Source: a bacterium
GTDB lineage: Bacteria > Zhuqueibacterota > Zhuqueibacteria > Oceanimicrobiales > Oceanimicrobiaceae
Assembly (NCBI GenBank): GCA_046757025.1
Contig: JBHHXN010000104.1
Span: forward strand, 1-18,492
Direction: 5' to 3'
Length of the DNA: 18,492 nucleotides
Shown: positions 6,962 through 15,997 of the stretch, piece by piece
How positions within the stretch are numbered: the first letter of the stretch is position 1
Layout: the number at the start of each line of letters is the position of its first letter
Notes under the pieces: generated by a model
What the model was told of the DNA's origin: nothing
The model's database searches: none
What the model saw: the letters and a program-made list of their open reading frames with translations, nothing else
Made by a program: the position numbers and the translations under genes

Positions 6962-8218
6962 ATGCCTGAATTACTCCTACCACAAAAATTAGTCCGTAAA
7001 TTAATTTTGAATGCTCAGCAGCTTGACAGAAATTCAAAAACGCTGCCGGGAAAAGCGGGAGTCATGAGCGTAATCGATAAGCTGGGCTACGTGCAAATCG
7101 ACACGTTAGCCGTGATCAATCGCTCGCATCATCACACGATTTGGACCCGCTGCGCCGACTACGAAGAAAGTCTTCTGCATGAGCTGCAAAGCCAGGACCG
7201 ACGTGTTTTTGAGTATTGGGGGCACGCCATGTGCTACATGCCGATGGCAGATTTTCGCTATTGTTTACCACGCATGCGCCATTTCGAAAATCCCACCAGT
7301 CAATGGGCACAATATCAAATGCAGCAGTCAGGGCATTTACTGGAACCGGTGCTCGAACGCATCCGCGAAGAAGGTCCTTTGAGCTCGAAAGATTTCAAGA
7401 CCGCGCCCGACCAAAAGCGCGGTTCCTGGTGGGACTGGAAGCCCGCCAAAGTCGCGCTGGAATTGCTGTTCTGGAAAGGGGACCTGATGATTTCCCAGCG
7501 CCGCAATTTTCAAAAAGTGTATGATCTCACCGAACGCGTGCTGCCGGATGACATCGACACGAGCTATCCCACCGACGAGGAGCTGGGCCGATTTTTTGTT
7601 CGTCGGGCGCTGCGGTCGCTCGGCCTGGCCCTGGAAAAAGAGATTCACAGTTTCATGCAGCCGGAATCTTCCCGAGACGCCGACATTCAGGCCGTCAGTA
7701 ATGAGGTGATTTCGCAAACTCTGCGAGACTTGCTGGAAGCCGGCGAGGTGCAGAACGTACGTCTCGTGGAAAATCCGGACACGGAATATTTTGCCTTGCA
7801 GGAGACCGTTGAAAAAAACGCCACGCTGAAAAACTCCGCTTCGCAAATACACCTGCTTTCCCCTTTTGACAATCTCATTATTCAGCGAAGTAGAATCAAA
7901 CGCCTGTTCGGATTCGATTACGCACTGGAGTGTTATTTGCCGGCAGCAAAAAGGACGTACGGATATTTTGTGCTGCCCATTCTTTGGAAGGAGGAATTCA
8001 TCGCCCGGGCAGATGTGAAAGCCGATAAAAAGCAGAAAGTTTTATTCATTCACAACTTGATTTTTGAGCCCGGTTTCAAACTAACCGAAGGTTTTCTGCA
8101 CCACTTTTCAAAAAAAGCCGGCGCCCTGGCGCGATTTAACTTGTGTGATAAAATCGAGCTCAAAAACGTCGATCCGGCTGAATACAAACGGCCGCTGTCC
8201 CAAAAGCTAAACACTTAG
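6962..8218 (+). CDS. ycaQ: YcaQ/AlkZ-family (HTH_42) interstrand-crosslink DNA glycosylase
   Basis: LGYVQIDTL (QxD motif of the YcaQ-like clade), FEYWGH, WWDWKPAK, YDLTERVLP, LLSPFDNL, FGFDYALECYLP, YGYFVLPIL. Confidence 0.9.
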   Translation: MPELLLPQKLVRKLILNAQQLDRNSKTLPGKAGVMSVIDKLGYVQIDTLAVINRSHHHTIWTRCADYEESLLHELQSQDRRVFEYWGHAMCYMPMADFRYCLPRMRHFENPTSQWAQYQMQQSGHLLEPVLERIREEGPLSSKDFKTAPDQKRGSWWDWKPAKVALELLFWKGDLMISQRRNFQKVYDLTERVLPDDIDTSYPTDEELGRFFVRRALRSLGLALEKEIHSFMQPESSRDADIQAVSNEVISQTLRDLLEAGEVQNVRLVENPDTEYFALQETVEKNATLKNSASQIHLLSPFDNLIIQRSRIKRLFGFDYALECYLPAAKRTYGYFVLPILWKEEFIARADVKADKKQKVLFIHNLIFEPGFKLTEGFLHHFSKKAGALARFNLCDKIELKNVDPAEYKRPLSQKLNT

Positions 8219-8222
8219 CCTC

Positions 8223-9269
8223 TTAATTACCAAAATACTTCGGATGTAATCGAATGCCGGCTCTATTTAACACAGATCGATTTTTAACAAAAAACTCTTT
8301 GATGGTTCGGGCATTTACGAAGTAAGCGGTGCCGTAATCCACCATGATTTCCTTTCTCACCACCAACCGCTCCACCTCTGCAGCGCTCAAACGAAACCCC
8401 ATGGGCAACGAACCATCTGGCGCGATATAATCCAGCGTGCTGCGCGGCACGCTTTTTACGACGCCGGCAAAAATGAGTTTGGCATTGCTTTTGGATATCC
8501 CAAAAACCGGTCCGCCGGAAAAACCGAAGCGCACAACCGCATCTACAGCCAGGGTGCCGCGATAAGGGGCCTGGCTCACCCAGCCGCCGGTCATCTGCTT
8601 GATCCCTTTGGGAAAGCCGAATAGAAACACCCAGTCGCCCCAGCTTAGATTCAAATCATAACCCACTTTGTCCCGAAATTCGTAACCGAGCCGGCTGTCG
8701 GTTTGCACCTCAATAATCGCCAAATCCACTGCGGAATCTTTGGCAATCAAGTCGGCCTCCACGCGCCAGTTGTTGGCCAGCCGCACCGAGATGATGACGT
8801 CTTTCACTATATAGCGGGCAAACAAAACATCGGTCTTGACGCCGTATTCATCGAGGTAGTAAACATCGGTGGTATCTTGTGGCGCCACCAGATGGCTGCT
8901 GGTCAAGATGGTGTACTTTGAGGTTTCCGGTTGGTAATCGATAAGCAGTCCGCCCCCCGAAAGCGTCTTGTCTTCCTTTTCTTTTGTGATGCCAGAATCG
9001 CCGTTGGAGGCCAATTTATATTTCAACGGACTTTTGGGATCCACCACCAGGCGCCCCTCTTCTTCGAGATAAGTAAATTTTTGAATTTCGTATTTTATTT
9101 TCGAATTGACTCCCACCACGGATTGCGAAACGTTGTAGAGCTCGCGTTTTAAATCTTCAGAAAGCAGGCTTAAACCAGGTTTAATTTGGGTATTGGATTG
9201 GTTGCCGGCACAACCGATCAACATGCCCCCCAAACTGATTAAGCAGATTGGTTTTCTCAAAAAACGCAT
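8223..9269 (-). CDS. Trypsin-like (S1) serine protease lipoprotein
   Basis: Lipobox-like LIG-C after a basic/hydrophobic leader; triad motifs ILTSSH, DLAII and GFSGGPV. Confidence 0.82.
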   Translation of the reverse strand: MRFLRKPICLISLGGMLIGCAGNQSNTQIKPGLSLLSEDLKRELYNVSQSVVGVNSKIKYEIQKFTYLEEEGRLVVDPKSPLKYKLASNGDSGITKEKEDKTLSGGGLLIDYQPETSKYTILTSSHLVAPQDTTDVYYLDEYGVKTDVLFARYIVKDVIISVRLANNWRVEADLIAKDSAVDLAIIEVQTDSRLGYEFRDKVGYDLNLSWGDWVFLFGFPKGIKQMTGGWVSQAPYRGTLAVDAVVRFGFSGGPVFGISKSNAKLIFAGVVKSVPRSTLDYIAPDGSLPMGFRLSAAEVERLVVRKEIMVDYGTAYFVNARTIKEFFVKNRSVLNRAGIRLHPKYFGN

Positions 9270-9293
9270 TTATGACTTATCAGCTAATTTGAT

Positions 9294-9740
9294 TCAAATT
9301 TGCAGAGATTTTAATATTTTAATTTTTGGAATAAATTCTCCCTGAATCAGAGCGATATTTTTCCGTCCCAGGCGTAACAGTTCATGATGGCATTTTCCCA
9401 GGGTAACGACGAAACCAGCAACATCGACGGTCAAATATTCTGGCTGAAAAGGTTTCAGCTTCCAGAGAGCATTTTGCAAATGTTTGTCCGCTCCGTGAAA
9501 GACTCCTCGCTGAAGTTGATGCAACCCTGCTGCTGCCTGAATCAAGCCCTGAAAAAATATTCGGCTGTTCTCTGAGTGCCGTTTCCAGATATCTTCCCAA
9601 AATTCGTGTGAACGCCAGAAATGTCCCTCATTAAATAATACAATTCCATTGAAAAAATCTTCCCAATCTACTTTGCTCATCTCGAGCTCGTACAAGTTCG
9701 AAAAGTCCGCTTGTTTTTTTCTTTTTTCAATGGTGGCCAT
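9294..9740 (-). CDS. DUF309-family protein
   Basis: LFNEGHFWRSHEFWEDIW and FQGLIQAAAGLHQ motifs. Confidence 0.88.
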   Translation of the reverse strand: MATIEKRKKQADFSNLYELEMSKVDWEDFFNGIVLFNEGHFWRSHEFWEDIWKRHSENSRIFFQGLIQAAAGLHQLQRGVFHGADKHLQNALWKLKPFQPEYLTVDVAGFVVTLGKCHHELLRLGRKNIALIQGEFIPKIKILKSLQI

Positions 9741-9769
9741 GATTCATTTATGAGAGAAAACTGGCACGA

Positions 9770-10807
9770 TCAAATGGTTCCTTTAAAATAAGTCATACCC
9801 ATGGCTTCGCGCATTAACCGAACGGTTTCTTCTCCCTCTGCCGTCACGATCTCCGTGCCATGATGCACGATCCCCTCCACCAGCTTTGGTTTCTTCAGGT
9901 ACTGCTGGCGCAGCTCACGGCAGGGAGTCAGAAAATCATTGAGGGCTTTGATCAGGCGTTTTTTTACTTCCACATCCCCTACCGTGCCTTTGCGGTAGCG
10001 TTCTTTCAATTCGGCAACTTCATCTTTGTTGGCGTTAAACGCGTCGTGGTAGATAAACACCGGATTGCCTTCCACGTGGCCGGGATCGGTGGCCCGAATT
10101 CGAGTGGGGTCGGTGTACATGCTCATGACTTTTTTAGCCACGGTTTCTTCGTCGTCTGACAGAAAAATGGCGTTGCTCAAACTCTTGCTCATTTTTGCCT
10201 GGCCATCGGTTCCGACCAGGGTGGCGACGTCGCCGATGAGCCCCTCGGGTTCAGGAAACACCTTGCCGTACTGCATATTGAACCGCCGGGCAATTTCCCG
10301 GCAAACTTCGATATGCGATTCCTGATCCTTCCCCACCGGCACCAGATCGGCTCTCACAATTAAAATATCCGCCGCTTGCAGTACTGGGTAGATCAGTAAA
10401 CCAGCCGAAGGATTTTCGATGTGCAGATCCGCCATCACTTCTTTCAGAGTTGGCACACGTTGCAGCCGGGGAACCGTGACCAGCATGGAAAAGATCAGGA
10501 ATATTTCTGCCACTTCCGGCACCAGCGACTGCACATAAATGGTGGTTTTCTCGGGATCGATGCCCACGCTAAGATAATCCAGAATTAGGTCGCGGGTGTT
10601 TTGTGCAACTTCATCGATGTGCTGCTTTTCATTGCGGGTGGTCAGCATGTGGTAATCGGCCACCAGCAAAAACACCTCGTACTTATCCTGTAGCCGGACA
10701 CGATTTGCAAGGGTGCCAACATAGTGCCCGAGGTGCAATTTGCCCGTGGGCCGATCACCGGTTAAAATACGTTTCCTTTTTTTTGTAACGGTTTCTTGTG
10801 CGCTCAT
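9770..10807 (-). CDS. trpS: Tryptophan--tRNA ligase
   Basis: [14 protein letters not shown] (HIGH), [22 protein letters not shown]. Confidence 0.98.
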   Translation of the reverse strand: MSAQETVTKKRKRILTGDRPTGKLHLGHYVGTLANRVRLQDKYEVFLLVADYHMLTTRNEKQHIDEVAQNTRDLILDYLSVGIDPEKTTIYVQSLVPEVAEIFLIFSMLVTVPRLQRVPTLKEVMADLHIENPSAGLLIYPVLQAADILIVRADLVPVGKDQESHIEVCREIARRFNMQYGKVFPEPEGLIGDVATLVGTDGQAKMSKSLSNAIFLSDDEETVAKKVMSMYTDPTRIRATDPGHVEGNPVFIYHDAFNANKDEVAELKERYRKGTVGDVEVKKRLIKALNDFLTPCRELRQQYLKKPKLVEGIVHHGTEIVTAEGEETVRLMREAMGMTYFKGTI

Positions 10808-10942
10808 AAACAGTTCTTAGTTTTTGAATTAACTTGAATTGACATTTGTGAAATTGGATTGGCGAGATGGGTGGTATTTGAGCTGCCGGGGTTAGCTACC
10901 TACAGTGATTTTCAGCCGCTCAACTTCCAATCAAACATTCTT

Positions 10943-11350
10943 TTACTCAGAGGCCGATTTTTTTTCGACGTCCCGGCGTCGGGGTCGCACTAATTGTTCT
11001 TCTTGCACCGGCTCCCGTTCCCATAGCTGGTCCACCACCCCCTGCAGGGTCCACTCCGGCGCAATTTTATACGCGTCATCAAAGGAAAACATCTCGATGG
11101 TCTCCCAGGGGCAGTATTTTGAGCAAAGCGTACAACCGATGCATCTCGGCAGATCCACCTCCACGGTCTTGTGCACTGAAGGATTATCCGGATCCGGGCC
11201 GGGCACCAATTCGATGCAGTCCACCGGACAAAAGTCCACGCAAACCATACAACCGGTACAGCCGCCCTGATTGATAACAGCCAGTTGTTTGGGTCGTCTT
11301 TTCACTCGCAGTTCTGCCGCTTTCATATATTTGCGATCAAGCATGGGCAT
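10943..11350 (-). CDS. 2x[4Fe-4S] dicluster ferredoxin-like protein
   Basis: CTGCMVCVDFCP and CIGCTLCSKYCP; strong SD GGAGGT upstream. Confidence 0.9.
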   Translation of the reverse strand: MPMLDRKYMKAAELRVKRRPKQLAVINQGGCTGCMVCVDFCPVDCIELVPGPDPDNPSVHKTVEVDLPRCIGCTLCSKYCPWETIEMFSFDDAYKIAPEWTLQGVVDQLWEREPVQEEQLVRPRRRDVEKKSASE

Positions 11351-11442
11351 ATCCAGTACCTCCGGTGTTGTGAGTCATGGTATTATTTATTTTTATTCCT
11401 TTCAACAGGTCAAAACAAACTTTGGAATTCACCGCTTAATAA

Positions 11443-11646
11443 TCAATTTGATAAATTATCTTTCAGCTCCTGACAGCCTTCTGCAATACTGTCCAAAAAA
11501 TCGGCTGCCAATTCACCCAGTTGAATGCGATACTTTTTACCTCTTTCCGTCCCGAACAAAAACACCGCGCCCATCCCCAACAAAAAACCCATCCCCGTTA
11601 AAATTGCGGCGCCGGTTGGACTTTTTTTCTTTTGATTTTTCGTCAT
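11443..11646 (-). CDS. Small single-TM protein, YtxH-like
   Basis: Gly-rich TM GFLLGMGAVFLF followed by TERGKKYR (compare YtxH APxSGKETR) and an amphipathic helix; SD AAGGA. Confidence 0.6.
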   Translation of the reverse strand: MTKNQKKKSPTGAAILTGMGFLLGMGAVFLFGTERGKKYRIQLGELAADFLDSIAEGCQELKDNLSN

Positions 11647-11806
11647 GGAGCTATTTCCTTATAGGAGCCTTAATAGCCAAAAATTAATTTTCCCCTGCAC
11701 GGTACCCCCTGCCAGTTGACTCAAAATAAATTTCATTTCACAGAATTCTGACAGGTTTCAGCTTAATCGTAACTTTGAGCCAGACAGAAGAGAATTTACA
11801 CGGCTA

Positions 11807-11835
11807 AACTTACAAAATAAAAAATTAAAACACAA
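11807..11835 (-). promoter_or_regulatory. Possible sigma-70 promoter for the YtxH-like/ferredoxin/trpS run
   Basis: Minus strand TTGTGT-N17-TAAGTT in an AT-rich gap. Confidence 0.35.
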
Positions 11836-11892
11836 GGCTGTTTTGCGAGTCAGTTAAAAAATAAGACGGGAAAATTTTGAAGGGTAAGAAGC

Positions 11893-11920
11893 GAAATCCT
11901 CTGGCTAACCGGGCGATTTC
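11893..11920 (-). terminator. Hairpin at the stop of the DUF1572/DinB gene
   Basis: Minus strand GAAATCGCCCGG-TTAG-CCAGAGGATTTC, imperfect, with a weak U-tail. Confidence 0.4.
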
Positions 11921-12434
11921 AGGAGCCGGTTTTATTTAAATCCGCCCCTCTGTAAAATTGCAAATCCACGGCTTTTCGGGATTTTGTGAAATAACTAATT
12001 TGACCCACATGATAAGAAAAATGCTCCATCACATGCACCAGGATGCTGACGCCGGTTTCCTGAAATCCCTGCACGGTTCTCTCAAGTAACAACGTTGAGG
12101 GATCCAGCCCGTTCAACACCTTCAAGCATTCCTGCAGGGTGCTTTCCAGGCGCTGTACAAGCTCGGTTTTCGAAATGGGGCCGGCTTCTAAAAATTCATT
12201 TTCCCGCTCACGCACATCGGGCTTCTCACCCAAAGTGGCAATGATCCACTGGCGTACGTTTCCGCATAAATGCAGAATCAAATTGCCCACGCTCACCGTT
12301 TCACTATTCGGGCGAAACCAGACTTCTTCGTCGTCGAGCTGAGACAAACACTTTTTTAAACGCGGCAAGGACTCATCCCGCAGTCTGCGTTTACATTCAA
12401 CGATGAGTGCGTTTGCGATAGCATTGGATGCCAT
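11919..12434 (-). CDS. DinB-superfamily protein (DUF1572-like)
   Basis: SVGNLILHLCGNVRQWI, DVRERENEF, HVMEHFSYHVGQI (H...HxxxH metal triad). Confidence 0.85.
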   Translation of the reverse strand: MASNAIANALIVECKRRLRDESLPRLKKCLSQLDDEEVWFRPNSETVSVGNLILHLCGNVRQWIIATLGEKPDVRERENEFLEAGPISKTELVQRLESTLQECLKVLNGLDPSTLLLERTVQGFQETGVSILVHVMEHFSYHVGQISYFTKSRKAVDLQFYRGADLNKTGS

Positions 12435-12440
12435 ATTCGA

Positions 12441-12836
12441 TTATTCCTTCATCCGGCTTTGAACCATGATACAGGCATTCGCTAAATAATTAAATTGGTT
12501 CTCCTGTAAAAACGTCAGCACCTCTGGACTTTCTGCGCCGGGCTGCACCCAGATATTCTTCAGATTCATCTCCAAACATTGCTGCAGAACCTGCACGGTC
12601 ATCTCGGGCGGCACCACGATGTTGACGATAGTCGGCTTTTGCGGGATGGCCGCCAGATTTGCATACGCATTATCGCCGCCCACGGTTTTTCGTTTGGGAT
12701 TCACCGGATAAACCGTGAATCCCTTGCGCTTGAGATCGCGATAAATGACCGAGCCATATTTTGTCGGATTATCGGTGGCGCCAACCACCGCAATGGTGGT
12801 ACTTTCTTCATCTAAAAGAGCTGCGATATCTTTCAT
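12441..12836 (-). CDS. CoA-binding protein (CoA_binding_2, YccU-like)
   Basis: TIAVVGATDNPTKYG, VYPVNP, IWVQPGAES, NACIMV. Confidence 0.92.
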   Translation of the reverse strand: MKDIAALLDEESTTIAVVGATDNPTKYGSVIYRDLKRKGFTVYPVNPKRKTVGGDNAYANLAAIPQKPTIVNIVVPPEMTVQVLQQCLEMNLKNIWVQPGAESPEVLTFLQENQFNYLANACIMVQSRMKE

Positions 12837-12868
12837 AAAATCTATTTATTTGGATGAAAACGGGTGAT

Positions 12869-14611
12869 TCAATTCTCTTTAATTTTCCACTGCTTATCCC
12901 ATTCGATCAATTCATAGCGTTCGGTCATGGGAAAGTTTGGCGGTCGCCGGTTTTCCAGCCGTTTGTCAAAACGCACATTGGTAGCATAACGCGGTTCCGT
13001 GGCGCTCATGGAACCCGATGTCAAACTGCCGTAAATATACATGGTGGCTTCGTCTTTTCCCCGCAGATGCCGCACCCGAAAGCGGCCTTTGGCGTAAATC
13101 GCCGCAAAAATATAAAGGTCGCCGGTGCCGGTCACCGATGGGTGCGCAATTTCGATGTCTTTGTCGCTTACCAGTCCCAAATAATCATCCGCCCCGTAAA
13201 CAACCTCGGGATGACTGGCGTAGATCAGATCGTCGTCGATGATGATTTTGCCGGGGGAATACACCAACACCTTTCCGTTCACCACACCCTGTACATGCAG
13301 GGGCCTTTTCTTGCGGCCAATGATGTAAAAAGACGATTTCGGCAGCTTTCGGTTCTGCTGGTTTTGAAGCGCGGATTTAGTGTACCAACTGTATGATCCA
13401 TCCCCGCGAAACGTAATCCAGGTCTCTTCAGCCGGCAGCAGGTGTACCTGGGTTTCCGAAACCGAGGAATCCTGCGCGAATGGCAAATTCATTTTGGGGA
13501 GGTGAATTTCTTCGACTCCGGTTTCCAGTCCGCCTAAAAATATCGACTTCTGATTTATCGTGTGAAAACTGCCCGAGGTTTTCACATCATACGAGGCCGT
13601 GGTAACTTTGCCGTTGAACTTGGGTTTCACACCTCGGGACTGACTGACGTTGATAGTGGTGTTGGAATGGAAGCGGCCGTCCAATACATCATTATGTACC
13701 GCCACCCAGGGGTCCCAGTAATCCACAAATTGGGCATAATTGGAAAAAGCCAAACGTTTCATCCGCACCTTTGAAGTTACATCAAAGCCGTTCTGTTGGG
13801 TATTGATCTCGATCACCACTTGCTCGATTTCGGTTTCGTTCATGGGAGGAATGTGATGCACTCTGGCCGAATAGGTCTTGCCTTTGTATTTCCAAACGAT
13901 GGCAGAATCCGGCAAATCCATTTCGGTTAATTTTTCCGACCATTTTTTCAACTTCTTTTCCAGCATGGTTTTCTGCTTTGGCGTCATGGCCATGACCGCG
14001 GTGATGCGATCGGGCGCGCGCAAAGTGGGTTGCGGAAAATTCAAATCCGTCGGCCGCATTGATGCTATCACATATTGATTGTGCACGGGGATTTCATTCT
14101 GGCTTTCCGGCGTACTTCTGGCTTCTTCTGTCGCTTCCCAAAAATCGCTGTTTTTCCTTTCAGACAGCGGCTGGTTTATCTCGAGACCGGTATGATTTTC
14201 AACCTTTACCGAAGGTAAATCCGAGCTGACTTTTTGAGCGTTATCTTCGGTCGTGTGGGTTTTCGAGGGCGAAGTTAAATTTACTACACGCGGTTCACGG
14301 ATTTTCTCAGAAGGCGATTCCGATCCCGGCTTTTCTGGCTGGTTTTCCTGTGATCGCGCTTTGTCTTCCAAATCATCCCGGCTCTGGCTCATTCGATCAT
14401 AATCAAGGGTCGGCGCGAACACAAAATCAAAAACCAGCGGGGGTGAGTAGAGGTTTGGAATTTTAAAATAGCTCAGCACTACCGCAAAAATCAGTACGAG
14501 TAGAAAGTGAACGAGAATTGAAAGCAAGCAAGCGGCGGTCAGAGATGGCGGCTTTCGTAGAAATCCCACCAGATTGCCTTTGAAACGGTAACTGAATAAC
14601 TTCATGACCAT
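12869..14611 (-). CDS. Membrane-anchored hypothetical protein with a TonB/TolA-like N-terminal TM, a polar linker and a C-terminal DUF4900/PilX-like beta-rich domain
   Basis: 580-aa ORF. TM LLSILVHFLLVLIF, then an S/E/P/K-rich linker. C-terminal motifs DGRFHSN, LHVQGVVNGKVLVYS, IIIDDDLIY, DYLGLVS, IFAAIYA, IYGSL, FDKRL. The domain call is from recalled similarity. Confidence 0.7.
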   Translation of the reverse strand: MVMKLFSYRFKGNLVGFLRKPPSLTAACLLSILVHFLLVLIFAVVLSYFKIPNLYSPPLVFDFVFAPTLDYDRMSQSRDDLEDKARSQENQPEKPGSESPSEKIREPRVVNLTSPSKTHTTEDNAQKVSSDLPSVKVENHTGLEINQPLSERKNSDFWEATEEARSTPESQNEIPVHNQYVIASMRPTDLNFPQPTLRAPDRITAVMAMTPKQKTMLEKKLKKWSEKLTEMDLPDSAIVWKYKGKTYSARVHHIPPMNETEIEQVVIEINTQQNGFDVTSKVRMKRLAFSNYAQFVDYWDPWVAVHNDVLDGRFHSNTTINVSQSRGVKPKFNGKVTTASYDVKTSGSFHTINQKSIFLGGLETGVEEIHLPKMNLPFAQDSSVSETQVHLLPAEETWITFRGDGSYSWYTKSALQNQQNRKLPKSSFYIIGRKKRPLHVQGVVNGKVLVYSPGKIIIDDDLIYASHPEVVYGADDYLGLVSDKDIEIAHPSVTGTGDLYIFAAIYAKGRFRVRHLRGKDEATMYIYGSLTSGSMSATEPRYATNVRFDKRLENRRPPNFPMTERYELIEWDKQWKIKEN

Positions 14612-14648
14612 TCCATTTTTTAACGATCCAAAACGTTACAACAAGCGT

Positions 14649-15731
14649 TCATTTTTCTTTACATTTATAGGGCGATTGAAAGTCATTGTCAGAAAATTCC
14701 GATAAACTAAATTGCTGCAGCTCGCTGTAAAATTCTAAAATCGGTTCCTTGCCTTTCGGTTTTTTGGGCTTTTTCTTGCCAAACAAGCCTTTAGCAAATC
14801 CACCGAGATTTTTCTTCACATCGGTAAGGTCCTTTGTATCTTCGGTTTCATCCGGCTCGCTTTTGGCACTTTTCATTTCTTTGCGAATCGCAAAATATTT
14901 ACCATCGATGGTCACCGGGTAGTAACCGTTTAGTTTGGCCATCTCTTCAGCCATGTTTTTGTAATTTGAATTGCCGCCCACGTCCTGCCCCTTGATTTGC
15001 TGAAGTTTTTCAAGCCATTTGGCGCCAAGCAGGTTTTTTTGCATATCATCGATATCCATGCCAAGTTTCTCCAGGTAGGCTTTGCTGAAATCCATTTCAA
15101 TTGTTTGTGCCTTCTGCAGGGTTTCGGTTTCCGGCGTCATCATACTGAAAATAGACAAACTATCGGTACCGGTCTGCCCGCTGCGCTTATCCCGCCAATA
15201 CGTATAAGCATTTATCCAAAACTTATTGCAATTGAAATTGTTTACCGTTTGCGATTCGTTTTGGTTGTAAACTTTAAATTCACTCTTGATGATTTCAATT
15301 TGCTCTTCCTCTTTGGGGGTTTTTTCGTATTTGTCCTGCTCTGCTTTCCACGATTGCGTCAGGCCTTTGAAGCTGGTTTTACTTTTCAGAGAATCCATCA
15401 CATTGGTTATCGGACGGACGGTACATTTCTTTTTCTTGGGATTCAATTCATAAATGTTCATTTCCGGCAAATTGATGATTTCCACTGCTTTGCCGGATTT
15501 AGCAAAAAATTTACCGGCCAATTTTCCGGCAAGGCCTTTTCCTTTAAATTTGTTTTTCGATTCCGATCGTTTCAGATCGACCGTGATCTTGGCCAGCTCC
15601 TCGGTATTGAAGGTGCCTATATCTTTGATTTTTACACTGGACCTGCTTTTTTTTAAAACGCCTTCTCCCGCAAAACACAGATTTATCATCAGACAACAAA
15701 CAAGCGCTACTCGAATCAGTTTGAACATCAC
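14649..15731 (-). CDS. Secreted hypothetical protein, possibly DUF4412-like
   Basis: Signal peptide ending CFA-G; SD AAGGAG before GTG 15731 / ATG 15728. QTVNNFNCNKF and the terminal DNDFQSPYK resemble DUF4412 motifs. Confidence 0.7.
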   Translation of the reverse strand: MMFKLIRVALVCCLMINLCFAGEGVLKKSRSSVKIKDIGTFNTEELAKITVDLKRSESKNKFKGKGLAGKLAGKFFAKSGKAVEIINLPEMNIYELNPKKKKCTVRPITNVMDSLKSKTSFKGLTQSWKAEQDKYEKTPKEEEQIEIIKSEFKVYNQNESQTVNNFNCNKFWINAYTYWRDKRSGQTGTDSLSIFSMMTPETETLQKAQTIEMDFSKAYLEKLGMDIDDMQKNLLGAKWLEKLQQIKGQDVGGNSNYKNMAEEMAKLNGYYPVTIDGKYFAIRKEMKSAKSEPDETEDTKDLTDVKKNLGGFAKGLFGKKKPKKPKGKEPILEFYSELQQFSLSEFSDNDFQSPYKCKEK

Positions 15732-15948
15732 CTCTACTCCTTCTAGTTAAAATAACGGATGATTGGAAAAAAGAATGGCACGTCACTCAGCCCGGCCTGC
15801 TTGCTGATCATTTGTGAATAGAAAGCAGCAAGGCGCGATCATTTTTGTGAAGCTATAAATTGACGAATTAGAGCTGAATTAACGAAAATATTCCGGACAA
15901 TTAGAATTGAGAACTAACATGAATACAGCTTAACCAAAAAAATAATCC

Positions 15949-15997
15949 ATTAATCTAACAAATGCAAGGTTTTTATGCACGCATTTGTTAGATTAAT
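15949..15997. terminator. Perfect 17-bp inverted repeat overlapping the stop codon of the 412-aa gene
   Basis: ATTAATCTAACAAATGC (15949-15965), a 15-nt loop, then GCATTTGTTAGATTAAT (15981-15997). Confidence 0.7.

Noticed and set aside
10808..10942. T-box or Trp attenuator upstream of trpS
   Set aside because: The gap is only 135 nt, with no T-box consensus, no Trp-codon leader peptide and no terminator.
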